Assembly: GCA_021845965.1 (NCBI GenBank)
Contig: JAJZUZ010000001.1
Location: 56,261-120,260, forward strand
Direction: 5' to 3'
Length of the DNA stretch: 64,000 nt
DNA from: Pseudomonadota bacterium
Lineage (GTDB): Bacteria; Pseudomonadota; Gammaproteobacteria; Burkholderiales; Burkholderiaceae_C
In this document: piece by piece, positions 41,424-52,907 of the stretch
Numbering within the stretch: position 1 is the first letter of the stretch
How the letters are laid out: the number at the start of each line of letters is the position of its first letter
The notes under the pieces: generated by a model
The model's database searches: none
Told to the model about the DNA's origin: nothing
What the model saw: only the letters and a program-made list of their open reading frames with translations
Position numbers and translations under genes: made by a program

Positions 41424-42982
41424 TGACGAGAATTCGATGTGACCGTACCCGGGCCTGGGCTGCGCTGCGTGAGCTTTATGACGCCAGGGGGCGCACGCTG
41501 GATCTGCGCCAGGCCTTTGCCGCCGACTCTGGCCGGTTCGCCGCGCTGAGCCTGGAGGCGCCTCACGTGTTTGCCGATCTGTCCAAGAACCTGATCGACG
41601 CGGAGATATGCGACCAGTTGACCGCGCTGGCAGCCGAGTGCGGCGTCGAGGAACATCGCCACGCCATGTTTCGTGGCGAGCTGGTCAACAGCACCGAGCA
41701 CCGGGCCGCCATGCATTTTCTCCTGCGCCATCCGGGCGGCGCGGCGGCGGGTGCCCTTGCGCCCTACGTACAGGGGCAGTTGGTCGAGGTGCACGCCGTG
41801 CTCGATGCGATGCTTGCCTATGCGCAGCAGGTGCGGGAGGACCGTTCGATCACGGATGTTGTCAATATCGGCATCGGTGGATCCGATCTCGGGCCACAGA
41901 TGGCGGTGCTGGCGATGGACGTGCTCGTCGACCACGGCAAGCGCTTCCACTTTGTCTCCAGTGTCGACGGACACGAGCTCAGTGCCGTGCTGCGGCAGGT
42001 GCGTCCGGAAAGCACGCTGTTTCTGGTCTCGTCCAAGTCCTTCACGACCCAGGAGACGATGACCAACGCGCACTCGGCGAAGGCATGGTTCACGGCGCAA
42101 GGCGGCACAGATATCGCGCGCCACTTCTGCGCGCTGACCTCGAATGTCGAGGCGGCGAGGCAGTTTGGCGTGGACACCACGTTCGGCTTCTGGGACTGGG
42201 TGGGCGGCCGCTACTCCATGTGGTCCGCCATCGGTTTGCCGATCGCCATCGCCGTCGGATCGGAGCACTTCCGCTCCATGCTGGCGGGTGCGCACGCCAT
42301 GGACGAGCACTTCCGCACGGCACCGCTGGCGTCTAACATGCCAGTCCAGCTGGCCTTGCTCGATGTGTGGTATCGGAACTTCCACGGTTTCGCCACCCGG
42401 AGTCTGGCGCCCTACCACAGCGGCCTGTTTCGTCTGCCGGGCTACCTGCGCCAGCTGGAGATGGAGAGCAACGGCAAGCGCGTAGACGAACAAGGGCAGG
42501 TGCTGGGCTATCCGACGGCGCCTGTGATCTGGGGTGAACTCGCGGCCAACGGCCAGCATGCCTACTTCCAGATGTTGCATCAGGGCAGCGACGTGATTCC
42601 GATCGAGTTCCTGACCGTCAAGCGGGTGGCACACGACCTGCCGGGCCATCATCACAAGCTGCTGGCCAACGGCCTGGCGCAGGCGCAAGCGCTGATGCTG
42701 GGGCAGCAGGACGACGGCGGCCACCGCCACATGCCGGGCAACCGGCCCAGCACCTTTCTGCTGCTGGAGGAACTCACGCCGGCCAGCCTGGGCGCGCTGA
42801 TCGCGCTCTACGAGCACCGTGTCTTCACGGCCGGCTCGCTCTGGGGCATCAACAGCTTCGACCAGTGGGGCGTGGAGCTGGGCAAGGTGCTGGCCAAGAA
42901 TATCGAGCCGCGCCTGTCCAGCGGCGACTCGACGGGCCTGGATGCCTCCACCGCCGGCCTGCTGCGGCGCCTGCGCAGCTAG
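41423..42982 (+). CDS. pgi: Glucose-6-phosphate isomerase
   Basis: GIGGSDLGP, SKSFTTQET, DWVGGRYS, FDQWGVELGK. Confidence 0.96.
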   Translation: MTRIRCDRTRAWAALRELYDARGRTLDLRQAFAADSGRFAALSLEAPHVFADLSKNLIDAEICDQLTALAAECGVEEHRHAMFRGELVNSTEHRAAMHFLLRHPGGAAAGALAPYVQGQLVEVHAVLDAMLAYAQQVREDRSITDVVNIGIGGSDLGPQMAVLAMDVLVDHGKRFHFVSSVDGHELSAVLRQVRPESTLFLVSSKSFTTQETMTNAHSAKAWFTAQGGTDIARHFCALTSNVEAARQFGVDTTFGFWDWVGGRYSMWSAIGLPIAIAVGSEHFRSMLAGAHAMDEHFRTAPLASNMPVQLALLDVWYRNFHGFATRSLAPYHSGLFRLPGYLRQLEMESNGKRVDEQGQVLGYPTAPVIWGELAANGQHAYFQMLHQGSDVIPIEFLTVKRVAHDLPGHHHKLLANGLAQAQALMLGQQDDGGHRHMPGNRPSTFLLLEELTPASLGALIALYEHRVFTAGSLWGINSFDQWGVELGKVLAKNIEPRLSSGDSTGLDASTAGLLRRLRS

Positions 42983-42998
42983 GGATCGAGCGTCCAAG

Positions 42999-43033
42999 AA
43001 AAAACCCGCAGCGTGCTAGCACTGCGGGTTTTT
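42999..43033. terminator. Bidirectional terminator between pgi and groEL
   Basis: AAAAAACCCGCAG...CTGCGGGTTTTT. Confidence 0.85.
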
Positions 43034-43075
43034 CTGTTTGTGTCGAGTGGCGAGGTGCCACCCGACGCAGCATGG

Positions 43076-43150
43076 CGATTCAGGGCTAGGCGCGGCGGCG
43101 CAGACAGTACGTTTGTGTACGGCAAGCCGCCGCAACGACGCCCTGGATCG
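43076..43150. repeat. Nested-palindrome element related to the 37.0-kb element
   Basis: CGATTCAGGGC..GCCCTGGATCG, GCGGCGGC..GCCGCCGC, GTAC-N6-GTAC. Confidence 0.55.
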
Positions 43151-43165
43151 GCAGGCGAGGAGAGC

Positions 43166-44812
<1,647 letters not shown>

Positions 44813-44868
44813 TTACTCCTGAATGACGTTTGAGTTGGGTACGGTTAGGAAAAGAATCGCGTCGCGAA

Positions 44869-45159
44869 TTACTTCTCGACCACGGCGAACAGGTCTTCTT
44901 CCTTCATGACCAGCAGTTCGTCGTTGCCGACCTTCACGGTCTGGCCGCTGTACTTGCCGAACACGACGCGGTCGCCGACCTTCACGTTCATGGCGATCAC
45001 CTCGCCCTTGTCGTTCTTCTTGCCGGGACCAACGGCGATCACCTCACCCTGGTCGGGCTTCTCGGCCGCGCTGTCGGGAATGACAATGCCCGAGGCAGTC
45101 TTGGTTTCGTTTTCCACGCGCTTGACAATCACGCGATCGGCCAAAGGACGCAGTTTCAT
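44869..45159 (-). CDS. groS: Co-chaperonin GroES
   Basis: [25 protein letters not shown]. Confidence 0.97.
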   Translation of the reverse strand: MKLRPLADRVIVKRVENETKTASGIVIPDSAAEKPDQGEVIAVGPGKKNDKGEVIAMNVKVGDRVVFGKYSGQTVKVGNDELLVMKEEDLFAVVEK

Positions 45160-45246
45160 CAGGACACTCCTAGAGTTTGAAACAGTGGTTTGAAATCAAT
45201 CGGCACCAAAGTTGGCGCTTATTAACATTCTCTGGGGCCTAAGCTG

Positions 45247-45273
45247 TTAGCACTCAGGTCCAGCGAGTGCTAA
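45247..45273. promoter_or_regulatory. CIRCE element (HrcA operator)
   Basis: Perfect TTAGCACTC-N9-GAGTGCTAA upstream of groES. Confidence 0.95.
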
Positions 45274-45421
45274 TGATAAGGCATGTCGGGACCATTTCAA
45301 GCAGGCGACGGAACGGCCCTCCGTTGTGCGCAGGAAACAGTCCGGTGGAATAGTTCACGCCGCAGGGACCATGAGCGGCCGTCCTCGAGGGCTGTCACAG
45401 GGGGTCACCCATAATCGGACG

Positions 45422-47212
45422 ATGCTGCGGCAACAACGCGAGATCATCCTTGGATTTGTCCTGCTCTGTGCGCTGGCCCTCGGACTGATGGCCGCCCGGA
45501 CCTTGCGACCCCTTGATCTCTACCTGTATGACGTGCAGACGCGCTGGCTGCGTGCCCTGGGGCCGGGCGCCTTGCCGCAGGATGTGGTGGTGATCGGGCT
45601 GGACGAGGGGGCCTACGAATCCATCCCCGAGCCATCGGCGCTGTGGCATCGTTATCTGGGTGAGCTCATGGCGGGGCTGGCGGCCGGCCGCCCCGCGGTG
45701 GTCGGTGTGGCGGCGCCGTTGCCGGTGCGTTCCTACGACTTTCTTGTCAAGGGTATCGACGCGCCGCTGTTGGAGGGCGTGCGCCAGCTGCGTTCCACGG
45801 TGCCCCTGGTGCTGGGCCAGCCCATGGGCCTGGAGGGCCACCTGCGGCCCATCGCCCCGGAGTTGCTGGAGGCAGCGGGTCGCCAGGGCCTGAGTTCGCT
45901 CGTGCTGTGCGAGGACCGCGACGGCGTGGTGCGGCGCATCAACCAGCGTCGCTGCATTGATGAGGACCGCAACCCCTCGCTGGCCGACCAGATGGCCAAG
46001 GTGCTGGGGCGCGAGAGCTCGGCACGCGGCCTGATCGATTACACCGTGGGCGGCCCGATCGAATACATTCCCCTGCAGACGGCGCTGGGCTGGTTGCGCC
46101 AGGGGCAGGCGCAACGCCTGCACAGCCTGGTGCAGGGGCGTGTGGTGGTGATTGCGAGCCTGCTGCCCCACGAGACCCGTTATCGCCTGCCGGTGGCGCT
46201 GGCAGCCTGGGACCAGGACAGCCGCAGCGGCCCCGCGGCCCTGGTGCATGTGCAGGCCCTGCGTTCGCTGCTCGGGCGCGGGCTGGTGGACCCCGTGCAG
46301 CCGGCGCTGACCTGGTCCCTGGCCCTGGCGCTGGCACTCCTCTGGTTCGGCCGCAATGGCTGGGCCAAGACCCTGGCCCTGGTCGCCACGCTGGGCCTGC
46401 TGCTGGGCGTATCGCTGCTGGCCTTGTGGCAGGGCTGGTACCTGCCGCTGGGCAGCCTGACGGCGGTCGCGGCGCTGGCATTCATCGCGCGCCTGGCCTG
46501 GGAGTCGGCGCGGCATTACCGCGAAAAGCAGCTGCTGCGCTCGGCCTTTGCCGGTCATGTCAGCCCGCAGGTCATGCGCGCCATCCTGGGCGGACGCCTG
46601 CAACCCGATGCCGATGGCCAGCATTGCCGCGTGACCATCCTGTTTGCCGACATCCGCGGCTTCACGGCACGCAGCGAAAAGAGCACGCCGGAAGCCATGA
46701 TCAGCCTGCTCAACCGCTACTACGCCGAGATGTCGGCCGCCATCCACGGCCATGGCGGCGCCATCGACAAGTTCATCGGCGACGGACTGATGGCGACCTT
46801 CGGCGTGCCGCAGCCACTGGAGGCACCGGAGCGCAACGCGCTGGAGGCGGCGCAGGACATGCTGGTGCGGCTGGCGCGCCTGAACACCGAGCTGCAGGCC
46901 CAGGGGCAGGAGCCCTTGGCCATCGGCATCGGCGTTCATGCGGGCGAAGTGCTGGCCGGCTACGTCGGCACACGCAAGCGGCGCGATTTCACGGTGATCG
47001 GCGACCCGGTGAACACCGCCTCGCGGCTGGAGGCGCTCAGCAAGACGCTAGGCTACCCGGTGATCTGTTCGCACGAGGTGGCGACCGCGGTCGGCCAGGC
47101 GGGCGGCCTGGTCGACCTGGGTCCGCAGGCGGTCAAGGGCCGTGCCGACGTGCATGTCTGGGGCTGGAACCCGCCGCTGACGCAGCGCCTGCGGCGCAAG
47201 GGGCGCACATGA
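45422..47212 (+). CDS. CHASE2-domain class III adenylate cyclase
   Basis: DVVVIGLDE and DRDGVVRR (CHASE2), 3 TM, FADIRGFT, DKFIGDG, FTVIGDPVNTASRLE; -10-like CATAAT 6 nt before ATG. Confidence 0.9.
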   Translation: MLRQQREIILGFVLLCALALGLMAARTLRPLDLYLYDVQTRWLRALGPGALPQDVVVIGLDEGAYESIPEPSALWHRYLGELMAGLAAGRPAVVGVAAPLPVRSYDFLVKGIDAPLLEGVRQLRSTVPLVLGQPMGLEGHLRPIAPELLEAAGRQGLSSLVLCEDRDGVVRRINQRRCIDEDRNPSLADQMAKVLGRESSARGLIDYTVGGPIEYIPLQTALGWLRQGQAQRLHSLVQGRVVVIASLLPHETRYRLPVALAAWDQDSRSGPAALVHVQALRSLLGRGLVDPVQPALTWSLALALALLWFGRNGWAKTLALVATLGLLLGVSLLALWQGWYLPLGSLTAVAALAFIARLAWESARHYREKQLLRSAFAGHVSPQVMRAILGGRLQPDADGQHCRVTILFADIRGFTARSEKSTPEAMISLLNRYYAEMSAAIHGHGGAIDKFIGDGLMATFGVPQPLEAPERNALEAAQDMLVRLARLNTELQAQGQEPLAIGIGVHAGEVLAGYVGTRKRRDFTVIGDPVNTASRLEALSKTLGYPVICSHEVATAVGQAGGLVDLGPQAVKGRADVHVWGWNPPLTQRLRRKGRT

Positions 47213-47961
47213 GCGTGCTGACGCGCAACCGTCTCTATGGCTACGCGCTGATGACGTGGCTGGTGCTCACGCGCTGGCCGCGTGCGGGCGAACCGCAGCT
47301 GCGCCATGAGTTGTACCGCCAGATCCATGCCACCGGCATCGCCGCCTTGCCGGTGGCGGGCGCGCTGGCCGCGCTGACGGGGGCCGCTGCCGTCACCCAG
47401 CTCACGGCGCTGGTCGGGCAGGACAGTGATGCCGCGCAATCCTGGCTGTTCTATGGCCTGTTCTTCGAGCTGGCGCCCTTGTTATCGGCACTGGTGTTCG
47501 TGGCGCGCAGCAGCGCGGCCATGGCCTCCGAACTGGCGGTGATGAACCAGCACGATGAATTCGATGCCCTGCGGCGCATGGGCGTGGCACCGGCCGACTA
47601 CCTCCTGCTGCCGCGCATCCTGGGCATGACGCTGGCCTTGCCCACCGTCACCATCTTCTTCCAGGTCCTGTCGGTGCTCAGCGGCTGGCTGGCGGTTTCC
47701 TTGCTGCAGGGCCTGCCGCTGACGCAGGTGGCCGGTCATTTCCTCGAGCTGGCCGATCCCTGGCTGACCCTGCTCAGCCTGGTCAAGAGTGCCGTGACGG
47801 GTTTGCTCATCGCCGTCATCGCCTGCCATCATGGCAGCAGCACCGGCCGCTCCACGCGTGATCTGTCCGACACGGCGATCCACGCGGTGGGCAACGGCAT
47901 GGTGGCGGTGTTCCTGGTGGATGTGGTGGTGGCGCTGCTGGTCTATTGGGTGATGCGATGA
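47209..47961 (+). CDS. MlaE-family ABC permease
   Basis: ELAPLLSALVFVARSSAAMASEL, EFDALRRMGV, LLLPRILG; ATGA overlap with the cyclase. Confidence 0.88.
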   Translation: MSVLTRNRLYGYALMTWLVLTRWPRAGEPQLRHELYRQIHATGIAALPVAGALAALTGAAAVTQLTALVGQDSDAAQSWLFYGLFFELAPLLSALVFVARSSAAMASELAVMNQHDEFDALRRMGVAPADYLLLPRILGMTLALPTVTIFFQVLSVLSGWLAVSLLQGLPLTQVAGHFLELADPWLTLLSLVKSAVTGLLIAVIACHHGSSTGRSTRDLSDTAIHAVGNGMVAVFLVDVVVALLVYWVMR

Positions 47962-49667
47962 AGACCAGCGTGTCAGCCTGGCTCAACCGTCGCCGCGCGG
48001 CGCTGGTCTCGCTGGTGCGCCGGCTGGGCGCACGCGCCTACCTGGTCTTCGCCCTCGTCTTCACCGTGTTCATCGTCGCCGACCTCGGTCTGCTCAGCGC
48101 GGTGGCGTCGGCCGACACCAAGCTCTTCGACTCGCTGATCTCGCACCGCGTCATCCAACCCAGGCCGGACCCGGACATCGTCATCCTCGATATCGATGAA
48201 GCCAGCCTGGCCGGCATGGCCAAGGCGTACGGGCGCTGGCCGTGGCCGAACCGCGTGCTGGGCGAAATGGTGCGGGGGCTGGAGGCGCAGCAGCCGCGCG
48301 CCATCGTCTTCGACATCCTGTTCTCCGATGCCGACGTGCTGCGCCCGGACAGCGATGCCGCCTTCAACGCCGACATCGCCCGCTCGACCAGCACCTTCTT
48401 TCCCATGCTGCGCCTGGACCCGCAGAACGACCGGCTCAGCCGCATTCCGGTGGGCGCGCTGCCGGGCGCGCGGGCTGTCCGGGAACATGCCGATGCGCAG
48501 GCACCGATCGCCATCATCCTGCCCAAGGTGCCGGCGGCGCTGGACAACGGACGGCTGGGCACGCACCAGGTGACGCCGGACGCCGACGGCATCATCCGCC
48601 GCTATCCCAGCGGCATCGAGCACGCCGGCTGGCGCATCCCCGCCCTGCCGCAGCGCATTGCCGAGGAGTTCGGCTACCCCGGCACCGCGCAGAACGACGT
48701 GCTGCTCAACTGGCGCGGACCGCCTTTCACCTACCGCTATGTGTCCTTTGTCGATGTCTACCGCGATCTGAAGGCGGAGAAGAAGCAGCGTCCCGCGGAT
48801 GAGTTCAAGGGCAAGATCATCGTCATCGGCTCCACGGCGCCCAGCCTGTTCGACATCAAGGGCACGCCGATGGCGCGCATCCACCCTGGCGTGGAGGTCC
48901 TGGCCACAGCGATCGACAACTTCAAGAACGGCGACTACCTGCGCGAGCGTCCCAAGTGGGTGATGAAGCTGGCGGCCCTGCTGCTGATCTGGAGCATGGC
49001 GATCGCCCTGTACCGCCACACGCGCATCGAGGTGTTCGACAAGGTGTTTGGTGCCCTGCAGGGCGGCCTGGTGGTGCTGGCCTACGCCGTGGTCAACCTC
49101 AGCGACTGGTACCTCGATACCTCGGCGCCGCTGTCGCTGGGCCTGTCCTACTTTGCGCTGTCGCGGGTCTACTATGGCCTGTCGCGCCGCTGGCTGGCCA
49201 ACAGCCGCGTGCAGGACCTGGCGAACCTGGCCCGGGGCGAGCGCCTGCTGGCCGTCCTGGCCGTGCGGCTGGACAACGCCACCACGTCGCAGCGGCGCCG
49301 CCTCCAGAGCGATCTGGACCGTCTGGTGGCGCGCTCGCGCCATGAGGCCGGACGCATCGTGCACCTGGTGGAAGACCCGGGCTTTGTGCGCAAGGTCTTT
49401 GCCGATGCCATGCTGGTCTACTGGCTGTTCGAGGACAGGCAGGCCCACTGGCAGGAAGACGCCGACATGATCGAGGCCGGCCTGGCCGCGGCGCGCGCTG
49501 ACGAGTTCGCCAGCGGACAGCTGCGCCTCGCGCGGCGGCAGTCCGTCCTGCACTGGGACACGCCCAACGGATGGACAGTCGGTGCCTATGCCACTATTCT
49601 CGCCGCGATGCAGGACACTGCGTCTGCATCCAACGCCCCCCAACCTGATCAGGGAAACACGCCATGA
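47958..49667 (+). CDS. CHASE2-domain membrane protein with a cytoplasmic tail lacking recognisable catalytic motifs
   Basis: IVILDIDEASL, GRWPWP, FDILFSD, DADGIIRR, PGVEVLATAIDN, 3 TM. Confidence 0.85.
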   Translation: MKTSVSAWLNRRRAALVSLVRRLGARAYLVFALVFTVFIVADLGLLSAVASADTKLFDSLISHRVIQPRPDPDIVILDIDEASLAGMAKAYGRWPWPNRVLGEMVRGLEAQQPRAIVFDILFSDADVLRPDSDAAFNADIARSTSTFFPMLRLDPQNDRLSRIPVGALPGARAVREHADAQAPIAIILPKVPAALDNGRLGTHQVTPDADGIIRRYPSGIEHAGWRIPALPQRIAEEFGYPGTAQNDVLLNWRGPPFTYRYVSFVDVYRDLKAEKKQRPADEFKGKIIVIGSTAPSLFDIKGTPMARIHPGVEVLATAIDNFKNGDYLRERPKWVMKLAALLLIWSMAIALYRHTRIEVFDKVFGALQGGLVVLAYAVVNLSDWYLDTSAPLSLGLSYFALSRVYYGLSRRWLANSRVQDLANLARGERLLAVLAVRLDNATTSQRRRLQSDLDRLVARSRHEAGRIVHLVEDPGFVRKVFADAMLVYWLFEDRQAHWQEDADMIEAGLAAARADEFASGQLRLARRQSVLHWDTPNGWTVGAYATILAAMQDTASASNAPQPDQGNTP

Positions 49668-51361
49668 ACCTCTCCACGCGCTATCTCCCGGGCCTGATCG
49701 CTGGCCTGCTGGTGCTGTCCACCGGACTGACCCATGCCGCGGATCCTGCGCCGGCGGGCAAGAAGCTTGCCAAGCCGCTGGGCGGGGCGGCCCTGCTGCA
49801 GCTCGACGACGGGCGCAGCGGCCGGGGCAACCTGATCGCCACCACCGGCATCCGCGGCTTCAGCAAGCCGCCGGCCGTGGCGGCGCACGCGCTGATCATG
49901 ACCATCGGTGACTACCAGGGCAATATCCCCAAGCTCAAGGGCGTGCCCTACGACACCGCCACGGCGACCGAGATTGCGCGTCGCCTGGGCGTGCCGCCGG
50001 CCAACATCCAGGCGCTGCGCGACGACCAGCTCACGCTCGAAGGCATGCGCAAGGCCTTCGACGAGCTGGAGAGCAAGCTGGGCGGCGACGACCAGGTCTT
50101 CATCTACTACTCGGGCCATGGCGGGCGTCAGCTGGTGCAGGAGGACGGCGGCGAGCGCTGTGCCGAATCGCTGATCACGGTGGACGGCCAGCCGTTTACC
50201 GATACGGAGATGGAGCAACGGCTCAAGCGCCTGGCGGCCAGGACGCAGAAGGTCATCGTCTTTCTCGACGCCTGTCACTCCGGTGGCGTGACCACGCGCG
50301 CCGTGGGAGCCGCCGCACCGCTCTTCGCGCCCAAGTCCTACAGCGCGGGCCAGAGCTGCATCAAGCCGACGAACATCCTGACGCGCAGCATCGCGGCTCC
50401 CAAGCCGGCCGGCAGCGGCGGCGCCAACTTCATCCACATTGCTGCTGCCAGGGACAGCGAGGTCTCGCTGGACCAGCCCGGGCGCGGCGGCGTGGCCTCG
50501 CAGGCCTGGCTGGCCTGTCTGACCGGCGCCGCCCGGGACACCGACGGCAGCGGCGGCCTGTCGGCAGCGGAGATCCAGGCCTGTGCGCAGCAGCGCATCG
50601 ACGACAAGCTCCGGAACGTGCAGGGCTTCCTGCCGCACCATGTCTCGCTGACCGGCAACACGTCCATGGTGCTGAGCTACGCGGTCAAGGACAATGCGGC
50701 GGCTGATACGGCAGCGGTGCCCACGGGCACCGCACCCGCGGCGGCTCCCGTTCCGGCGCCAGTCCCGGTCCCAGTCGCGGCAGCAACGCCCTCCGCGCCG
50801 GTGGCTCCTGCGGCCGCAAGCAGGCCGTCAGCGCTTGCCGCGCTCAACGACATCTACAGCAGCCGCGATGACCGGCGGCTCGTGACGCTCACGGCCACCA
50901 AGTCGGCGCTGAAGATCGGCGTCGACACCATCGACTTCACGCTGACCTCGCGCGAGGGCGGCTACGTCTACCTGGTGATGGTGGGGTCCGATGGCGAGAC
51001 CTTCGATCTGCTGTTCCCGAACCAGATCGACCGCAACAACCTGATTGAGCCCGGCGGCACCATGCGCCTGCCGCGGCCGGCCTGGCAGCTCACCGCCGAA
51101 GGCCCGCCCGGCAAGGACACGCTGCTGGCCATCGTGACCGACAACCCGCGTGACTTCGGCGCCGCCGGCCTCAAGCCCGCCGGCCCGTTCTCGGTGGTCG
51201 AGGCCGTGGCCGCCAAGGACATCCAGCTGGTCACCACCGGCGCCGCGCAAGCGCCGGCCGCGGAATGTGCCAACCCGGCCAGCACGCGCAACATTGCCAT
51301 CAAGAAGCGCTGCTCGACCGGCTACGCGGCTGCGCTGCTGACGATCGAAGAGGTGCGCTGA
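49664..51361 (+). CDS. Exported caspase-family (peptidase C14) protease with C-terminal DUF4384-like domain
   Basis: Signal peptide (..THA), FIYYSGHGG and FLDACHSG dyad, Ala/Pro linker, GGYVYLV...LLFPN...GPPGKD. Confidence 0.88.
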   Translation: MNLSTRYLPGLIAGLLVLSTGLTHAADPAPAGKKLAKPLGGAALLQLDDGRSGRGNLIATTGIRGFSKPPAVAAHALIMTIGDYQGNIPKLKGVPYDTATATEIARRLGVPPANIQALRDDQLTLEGMRKAFDELESKLGGDDQVFIYYSGHGGRQLVQEDGGERCAESLITVDGQPFTDTEMEQRLKRLAARTQKVIVFLDACHSGGVTTRAVGAAAPLFAPKSYSAGQSCIKPTNILTRSIAAPKPAGSGGANFIHIAAARDSEVSLDQPGRGGVASQAWLACLTGAARDTDGSGGLSAAEIQACAQQRIDDKLRNVQGFLPHHVSLTGNTSMVLSYAVKDNAAADTAAVPTGTAPAAAPVPAPVPVPVAAATPSAPVAPAAASRPSALAALNDIYSSRDDRRLVTLTATKSALKIGVDTIDFTLTSREGGYVYLVMVGSDGETFDLLFPNQIDRNNLIEPGGTMRLPRPAWQLTAEGPPGKDTLLAIVTDNPRDFGAAGLKPAGPFSVVEAVAAKDIQLVTTGAAQAPAAECANPASTRNIAIKKRCSTGYAAALLTIEEVR

Positions 51362-51363
51362 GC

Positions 51364-51978
51364 GTGGCCTTTTCCGCCGCCATGCAGCAGCGCCAGCTGG
51401 TGTTGAGCCGTGCCGGGCAGGTGCTCCTGTCCCTGCCGCTCGACCAGGGCGGCAGCTATCGCGTGGTGGCGCCCGACCTGGCCGCCATCGAGGCGGCCGT
51501 GGCGGCGCTGGAGCGCGTGCCTGGGGTGTCCGTGCTGCCTGCCAGCGGCGGTCTGCTGGGGGCGATGACGGTCTCCGCCAACCTGTCGCTCGCCTTGTGC
51601 CATGGCCAGGAGGTTGACGCCGCGACCTTGCGCGAGTGGGAGAGCCGGCTCGAACTCGCGCTGGATCTGTGCGGTGTGAGCGCCCAGCGGCTGCGCACGC
51701 TGGGGCGCGAGCTGCCCATGCACATGGACCCCATGGAACGCTGGCGGGTGGGGCTGGTGCTGCGCGTGATGCGGCCGGCCGAGCTGCTGGTGCTGGACCG
51801 TGCGTTTGCCGGGCTGTCGCGGCGCCAGGCCGGCAGCGTGCTGACGCTGGTGTCGGTCTACCAGGAGTTCCACCCTTTCCGTCCGGTACTGTTCGTCGAC
51901 CTGGATACGCATGGTCTGCCGGCCATTGACGGGTGTCGCGAGACCGTAGAAATCGAGGGAGTTGCATGTCCATCCTGA
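51364..51978 (+). CDS. Degenerate MlaF-like ABC ATPase domain
   Basis: SGGLLGAMTVSANL, ELPMHMDPMERWRVGL and ELLVLDRAFAGL align by eye with ABC Q-loop, signature and Walker B regions; no Walker A. Confidence 0.7.
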   Translation: MAFSAAMQQRQLVLSRAGQVLLSLPLDQGGSYRVVAPDLAAIEAAVAALERVPGVSVLPASGGLLGAMTVSANLSLALCHGQEVDAATLREWESRLELALDLCGVSAQRLRTLGRELPMHMDPMERWRVGLVLRVMRPAELLVLDRAFAGLSRRQAGSVLTLVSVYQEFHPFRPVLFVDLDTHGLPAIDGCRETVEIEGVACPS

Positions 51979-52907
51979 TCGAACAGGACAGTGAAGTCGC
52001 GCTGTTGCACCGCGGTACGCGGCGCTTTCTGCTGGCCGGCCTGCTGGCGACGGTGGCCATTGTTGCGGCGATCTTCGTGCGCCAGGGCCTGCTGCGGCAG
52101 ACCTCGACACTCAATTTCGTCACCGAGTCGGCGCAGGACATCAGCAAGGGGCAGGCCGTCAAGATCGCCGGTTTCAAGGTGGGGGCGGTGGACGCGGTCA
52201 CATTGCGCCCCGACGGCAAGGTGGCGGTCGAGCTGGAGGTTGATGCGGATTCGATGCGCTTTGTCACCCGCGACGCCGTGATCGAGCTGCGCAAGGAAGG
52301 CCTGGTCGGATCCGCCATCCTGGAGATCACGCCGGGCCCGGACCGCACCCGGCTGGCAGCCAATGGTGCGCAGCTGGCTTTCTCGCGGTCCGACAGTCTC
52401 ACGGCCACCATCAACAGCCTGCGCGACCGCATCCTTCCCATCCTGGGGGACGTCAAGGTCATCACCGGCACGCTGGCCGATACCCAGCGCGGGCTGCCCG
52501 CGACACTGGGCCAGGTACACGAGGCCACGGCCTCGCTCAACACCCTGCTCAAGACCGGCAACGAGCAAATGAGCAACGTGGGGCAGGCGGCCACCCGCGC
52601 CGTGGGGCAGGCGGACGCCAGCTTGCAGCAACTGGACAAGACGCTCACCACGGTCAACAGCCGCCTGCCCGGCATGCTGGACAAGGCGCAGGGCATCGTC
52701 GAGCATATCGAACGCATCACCGCGGAGGCGGAGGTGACCGTGCCGCCGCTGATGCAGGACGGCAAGGCCGCGGCGGCCGATGTGCGCGAGATCCTGACCG
52801 GCGCCAAGACCGCCTGGCCGATCAAGGAGCTGGTCGAGGCGCCGGCGCCGCAACCACTCAAGGCGGACAGCGATCCGCATGCGGAGGCCGGTCGTGTGGC
52901 GCGCTAG
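51966..52907 (+). CDS. MlaD/MCE-domain protein with long helical extension
   Basis: N-terminal TM, GQAVKIAGFKVGAV, EGLVG..LEITPG, heptad-like C-terminus. Confidence 0.9.
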   Translation: MSILIEQDSEVALLHRGTRRFLLAGLLATVAIVAAIFVRQGLLRQTSTLNFVTESAQDISKGQAVKIAGFKVGAVDAVTLRPDGKVAVELEVDADSMRFVTRDAVIELRKEGLVGSAILEITPGPDRTRLAANGAQLAFSRSDSLTATINSLRDRILPILGDVKVITGTLADTQRGLPATLGQVHEATASLNTLLKTGNEQMSNVGQAATRAVGQADASLQQLDKTLTTVNSRLPGMLDKAQGIVEHIERITAEAEVTVPPLMQDGKAAAADVREILTGAKTAWPIKELVEAPAPQPLKADSDPHAEAGRVAR

